From positions 128,001 to 192,000 of the forward strand of contig JBNKUM010000094.1 of assembly GCA_050298595.1 (NCBI GenBank): a stretch of DNA of 64,000 nucleotides. The letters run 5' to 3'. Below the pieces are notes generated by a model. The model had not been told where the DNA came from. It made no database searches and worked only from the letters and a program-made list of their open reading frames with translations. Position numbers and translations under genes: made by a program. Numbering within the stretch: the stretch's first letter is position 1; each line of letters opens with the position of its first letter. Source of the DNA: Gammaproteobacteria bacterium (lineage in GTDB: Bacteria; Pseudomonadota; Gammaproteobacteria; GCA-001735895). This document shows positions 59,670 through 64,000 of the stretch, one piece after another.

Positions 59670-59745
59670 GCCCAGGTAGCTCAGTCGGTAGAGCAGGGGA
59701 CTGAAAATCCCCGTGTCGGTGGTTCGATTCCGCCCCTGGGCACCA
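59670..59745 (+). tRNA. tRNA-Phe (GAA)
   Basis: GCCCAGGTAGCTCAGTCGGTAGAGCAGGGGACTGAAAATCCCCGTGTCGGTGGTTCGATTCCGCCCCTGGGCACCA; 76 nt with encoded CCA. Confidence 0.99.
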
Positions 59746-59769
59746 TTCTAAACCGTAAATCCATCACTA

Positions 59770-60593
59770 TCGAAGCCTTGTTAATATTCGTTCATCCATC
59801 TGGAATCGAACAGAATGTTTGTCGGTGGTTCGATAATTCGGGTCATCCTTGACCCTCACCCTACAGGCTCGCTATGCTCGTGCGAAATTCGTTCCAGACG
59901 AATTTGTCCGCCCCTGGGCACCATTTTATATATTTATCTCTTAATTTTCGAAGCCCTGCTATTCACTAAATACCGTGCATGGAATCGAACAGCATTTTTG
60001 TCGGTGGTTAGATTGTTTGACTCATCCCTGAGCCAAATCCTGCGGACTCGCTATCGCTCACGTTAGCCTGTTCCGGGCAGGCTAATCCGCCCCAGGGCAC
60101 CATTTATAACCTACCCCTATCATCGCGACAGAAAACAGCTCCTGCGTTTTCTGCATACATACCATCCATGGCAATAACCGAAGCGTGGCAGGAGTGATAC
60201 AGGGATGTATCGTTTACGGAACCAAGGGAAGCCATCTTATTTCGAAGCCCTGCTATTCACCAAAGACTGTGCTTGGAATCGAACAGCATTATTGTCGGTA
60301 GTTAGATTGTTTGACTCATCCATGGGCCAAATCGTTATTACACTCATCCCTGGGTTCCACCCTTCGGCTGTTCAAATTTAATCCCGATAAATTTGTCGGA
60401 CTCTCTATCGCTCACGTTAGCCAGTTCCGGACAGGCTAATCCGCCCCTAGGTACCATTTATAACCTACCCCTGTCATCGCGACAGAAAACAGCTCCTGGT
60501 TTTCTGCATACATACCATCCATGGCAATAACCCAAGCGCGGCAGGAGTGATACAGGGAAGTATCGTTTACGGAACAAAGGGAAGCCATCTTAA
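59770..60593 (+). repeat. Tandem array of three interrupted tRNA-Phe 3'-half repeats (rtT-like)
   Basis: tgtcggt(g/a)gtt(c/a)gat-[insert]-tccgcccc(t/a)(g/a)gg(c/t)acca at 59820-59923, 59999-60102 and 60293-60456; each preceded by tcgaagcc...tggaatcgaacag. Confidence 0.9.
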
Positions 60594-60707
60594 TTCTGAG
60601 GCCTCGATCTTTCCTATCATCGTGCCATTCAAATATACTTGTTCCTGGATACTCTGAAAAAACCAAAATGAATAAATAAGTGTATTTAGTAAACTGTCAC
60701 CGTAATT

Positions 60708-61205
60708 TCGCACTGGGGAAGTTGGGCTTTTCCAGTTGAAATGGCAAGAATATTCCACTAACGATGTTCGCAAACTGCGAAGCAAAGCCTCAAATCTCTC
60801 GGCCGAATTGATTGACTGGTCTGAGAAGGTAGAATCCTGGATTGAAGAGAATGGAACCTCGGCACTAGGCAAGTCTATGAGGCTCAAACAAAAGCGCCGC
60901 GAGGTGGTGAAGAGAGTACTTCTCTTCGCCATTTCGAAATCTTCTGTTCGGACTTTGGGCTACGGCGTAAAGACTATACTCCTTGCTTAGCCATGGCAGT
61001 ATGGCCCCAGTTCGTGCGTGCCCGCTTAGAAGTAGGGCCCTCCGAGCAGCCGCTGCAAGAGATTCATGCGCAGCTAGTCAATGAGTACGACGAGGTTCCA
61101 ATCATCCAACCGATGTCGGCGTCGATTCGAGTGGCTGATATAACAATACACATTCATGATCTTTGGAATCGAACTGATGGTCCCATGCCAGGGGAGCAGG
61201 TGTGA
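60708..61205 (+). pseudogene. 5'-truncated, frameshifted remnant of a possible nuclease-domain protein
   Basis: Frame reads RTGEVGLFQLKWQEY (QxK, PD-(D/E)xK-like) with no proper start; continues across a frameshift near 60990 into MAVWPQFVRAR... Confidence 0.45.
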
Positions 61206-61209
61206 TGCC

Positions 61210-61270
61210 GTCAAACAAACAGAACAACTACGCGCCTTCGGCGCAGGACGCAGCGTTCCGCTGTGCGTGT
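61210..61270 (+). other. Truncated attC-like site
   Basis: gtcaaac (near RYYYAAC) just after a stop codon; hairpins gcgcc-ttc-ggcgc and gcagcg-ttc-cgctgt; no GTTRRRY right end. Confidence 0.4.
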
Positions 61271-61473
61271 TTTAAACAGTCTGTCCAAACAGCAGACTTT
61301 CAGGGGGTGGCTGATTTATACCCGATGTGTTGATAAAACTACCGTTGATTATTTTGTCATTGAATGAGAGCATATTGCTGCATATCACAAAATTTTAGCA
61401 GTTGCCAATATGCTTAATGCTGTATCTTTGCAGTCAGCTGTAGATGTAAAAAATAATAAATTGGAGACCAAAT

Positions 61474-61869
61474 GTGTCGAGAATAACAAAATGGTTATTG
61501 TTTGGAGTGGTATGCAGTTTACTTCCCATACTATTTAAAGTCATCACCTATGTTACTCGAGGGCAGAATATTGAACTCACAATTTTGGTAGAACATGGTG
61601 AGTTGTTTTTAATATCTACTGCAATAGCCGCTACTGGCTTGGGCGAGTTGGTAACAGAAGGACCAAAGCCAACTACCGGTGTAATACTTACAGCATTTTC
61701 ATCTTTTGCTCTAACGGCAGTTTCAGCTTATTGGTTTTCTGATTTAAATAATGCAGCACAGGTGGATCTAAATAATATCGTTAATGCATCAGTCACAATT
61801 TTCCTTGTGTCTTTGATAAGTACATTTATATGTTTTAAACAGACGGAGGTCCCAGCATGGAGAATCTAA
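61474..61869 (+). CDS. Hypothetical membrane protein (about 4 TM)
   Basis: RBS GGAG, GTG start, four hydrophobic segments, low GC. Confidence 0.75.
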   Translation: MSRITKWLLFGVVCSLLPILFKVITYVTRGQNIELTILVEHGELFLISTAIAATGLGELVTEGPKPTTGVILTAFSSFALTAVSAYWFSDLNNAAQVDLNNIVNASVTIFLVSLISTFICFKQTEVPAWRI

Positions 61870-62303
61870 CAATTTTGTATCCTGTTATCTTCGGATTAAT
61901 CTCAATTTTTGGTTTATTTCTTACTAAAAATAAAAATTCAAAAATTGAGTCGCACCTTAAGAGTATAAAGAATAACTTTATTGGTTTTCAGTCCACAGAA
62001 AGCAATGATAGTGATATTTCTGAGAAAGCGAAAGATATTGTATGGGAATTAGAAGAATCGTTGGCTGATATTAAGGAAGCTGTTGTTCAAATTGGAAACA
62101 ATCTATTTATCAAGAAATTAGGGCAAAGGGGTCCCGAAATAATTTATTTTAATCTTGAGCCAAAAATTTCAGGATTCATAAAGGATAATCCGAATCTTTT
62201 GAGGCATCCTGATAAAATCTATGAAGTTGTTATCTCAATGAGGATGGAGAAGCAATCATTAGAACGTGACCCAAAAGATAGTATAAAGATAATGAATAAC
62301 TAG
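61857..62303 (+). CDS. Hypothetical protein with N-terminal membrane anchor
   Basis: RBS GGAGG, overlaps the previous gene by 13 bp, single TM then soluble domain, low GC. Confidence 0.75.
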   Translation: MENLTILYPVIFGLISIFGLFLTKNKNSKIESHLKSIKNNFIGFQSTESNDSDISEKAKDIVWELEESLADIKEAVVQIGNNLFIKKLGQRGPEIIYFNLEPKISGFIKDNPNLLRHPDKIYEVVISMRMEKQSLERDPKDSIKIMNN

Positions 62304-62427
62304 CCAATTTGATCTTCTGAACTCAAACTTTGAATGTCGGTTCATGGTCAAGACTGTGTGAAAAGTCAAAGATTGGTATAATAGTTCATTACAACCACCG
62401 GGTCATTGTGAACGACCGCTTATTTGA

Positions 62428-62596
62428 CAGGCTGTGTGAAAACTATTTTCAATTTTTTAAAGTGGTTTTGAACAGTCTAAAACTGGCAAATGCTCATGCC
62501 ATTGTGGGTTTTATACGCTGATAATTCATCATTAAACTGGCTGGTGTAGGAAATATTTTTTGAATTTCATTTTTCTTTGAGTTTTTACACAGCCTG
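62428..62596. mobile_element. MITE with IS1182-like ends and 4-bp target duplication
   Basis: TIRs caggctgtgtgaaaact / agtttttacacagcctg (16/17); TTGA on both sides (62424-62427, 62597-62600). Confidence 0.8.
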
Positions 62597-62671
62597 TTGA
62601 CTTACCTGTCATTCCCTACGCCCTAGGGGTCAGGTCTAGCTTTTAGCCTATCAATCTGATAGTGTTTATCC

Positions 62672-62959
62672 ATGTCCAGACCTTTACGATTAGAATTCCC
62701 CGAAGCACTCTACCATCTCACCTCCAGAGGGGGTCGTCGTGAAAATATTTATGAAGACGATGAAGATAGCCTGGCTTTTCTAGAAGTGTTTTCATCTGTC
62801 ATCGAGCAGTTCAACTGGGTGTGTTATGCCTATTGCCTGATGAGCAATCATTACCATCTTCTGGTTCAGGCCCCCGATGCTCAAATAACGAGGGTCAGAT
62901 ACAAATTAAAAATATCGCGCAGAATTTTGGGGTCACGTAAGGCTGTCAATTATGATTAG
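62672..62959 (+). pseudogene. REP-associated tyrosine (Y1/HUH) transposase, N-terminal fragment
   Basis: MSRPLRLEFPEALYHLTSRG, AYCLMSNHYHLL (HUH); similarity appears to stop near 62882. Confidence 0.88.
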
Positions 62960-63100
62960 ACCCAAGCTAAACTTTATAGCAATGTATTTAATGCATGCAG
63001 GGAATTCGAGAGACGGTTTACTAAATTCAACACCACTCGGGATGCGTTAGAGGAAATGTCCAGTGGACGTTTTCCTCCATGCATCCCCATGCCGTCAGAT

Positions 63101-63544
63101 CTAAAAATGATTTCTGTAGTGCTTTTGTGTTATCCGGTCTTGCTCATGATATCCAGTTCGTTTGAAATGGCCTGATTTTTTCTTATTAGGGTTCCCACTC
63201 TCATGTAGTCTTTTACTCCGGTTGCGATCATTATGCGTCAAATCATAGATGCGATGGCTGGCCAGGTTTAGCTTCCGTTTCAGTGTCTTTCGCTCAAATC
63301 GACTTAAGTGTCCATCCTTGTTGAATTGTCTGCTCAGAGTTTTTATGTGCCGGTGTTGTTTGCGTAGCTTATGGGCTTCTTTTTTGGTTAACTCACCCAT
63401 GCGAACCCCTTTATTGATGCGCTTATGCTGTCGTTCTATTCGGTCATCGAATTGTGAATAGCCACTATGATCAACGTGAGCCATTACCGGGTTTGAGAGC
63501 ACTGCTACCAGGGGTAAAACAAAAATAGTGTTAAAAAATTTCAT
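63101..63544 (-). CDS. Secreted basic His/Arg-rich hypothetical protein
   Basis: Signal peptide ..PVMA; RI..GV..GELT..EA..L and DG.LS..ER helical repeats; RBS GGAG. Confidence 0.75.
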   Translation of the reverse strand: MKFFNTIFVLPLVAVLSNPVMAHVDHSGYSQFDDRIERQHKRINKGVRMGELTKKEAHKLRKQHRHIKTLSRQFNKDGHLSRFERKTLKRKLNLASHRIYDLTHNDRNRSKRLHESGNPNKKKSGHFKRTGYHEQDRITQKHYRNHF

Positions 63545-63789
63545 AATTATCTCCAGTTGTTCATTCGGAAATTACTTTATGATTGATATACTGAATGGAT
63601 GCTGAACTGATAATCTTGTTCGGGGAAAAGCTCTGATTTAGTTCTTAAGTGCCCCTTTTTTCCGGAAACATCTTGCTTTCAAGGTAGAGGCTTTGCCTAA
63701 AATCCATGGGAATTACTATTTACTTTTTTATTGGGTTTCGATTTCATGTTACTTGCCTGGAACTAAACCGGGTCGGACATAGGTAACTC

Positions 63790-63948
63790 CAGAAAGTGCT
63801 ACAGCATATGGGTGATGAGGTATAAAATGTGCGGATACCTAAAATACAGAAGTGATTAATCGCTAAAACTCTGACAGAGTATGAGAGAGTGACACCAGGA
63901 CGAGACGAGGAAATTGTGCAGGCGTATGCAAGCGGTATTCACTCTTAT
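63790..63948 (+). pseudogene. C-terminal fragment of RAYT-type transposase
   Basis: Manual translation QKVLQHMGDEV*NVRIPKIQK*LIAKTLTEYERVTPGRDEEIVQAYASGIHSY resembles the IPxxQxR..AYxSGxYS tail of this family; two in-frame stops. Confidence 0.6.
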
Positions 63949-64000
63949 ATGGCTGACCCTGAGACTCCTGACCTTGCGAGTATGTAATGAACAAAAGTCC

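Noticed and set aside
59820-60102. Intron-containing or functional extra tRNAs
   Set aside because: The copies lack the 5' half and anticodon arm; 72-bp inserts are too short for group I/II introns.
59770-60593. CRISPR array
   Set aside because: The repeats are tRNA-derived, the intervening sequences are related to each other, periods are 179-294 bp and no cas genes are present.
59746-64000. Integrase-driven prophage or ICE at tRNA-Phe
   Set aside because: No tyrosine/serine integrase, phage or conjugation gene is visible in the window; one beyond the right edge cannot be excluded.

Overview
Chromosomal window from a chemolithoautotrophic, probably marine gammaproteobacterium. It carries a dispersed Calvin-cycle set (cbbR, form II RubisCO cbbM, cbbQ/cbbO, phosphoribulokinase) broken up by apparent insertions (hybrid histidine kinase plus binding protein; PEP-CTERM gene plus secreted DNA ligase). 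It also has thiO/thiS/thiG/trmB, an ion-transport cluster (SLC13-TrkA-C, two NhaD, SulP), a 9-CxxCH multiheme lipoprotein, a Dyp peroxidase, a proXWV-type ABC transporter and core genes (hemH, priA, argS, mutY, slyD, mscS, nudE). An orphan TssB-TssC sheath fusion sits after argS/SPOR, and a DARS-like DnaA-box trio lies upstream of priA. The last 6 kb is a tRNA-Phe hotspot: a degenerate upstream tRNA copy, the intact tRNA, and three tandem 3'-half copies each split at the same T-loop position by a 72-bp hairpin element (one with a nested 60-bp relative). These are followed by a cassette remnant, IS-type ends and a MITE, and a split RAYT/Y1 transposase. All calls come from reading motifs by eye; no database searches were run.
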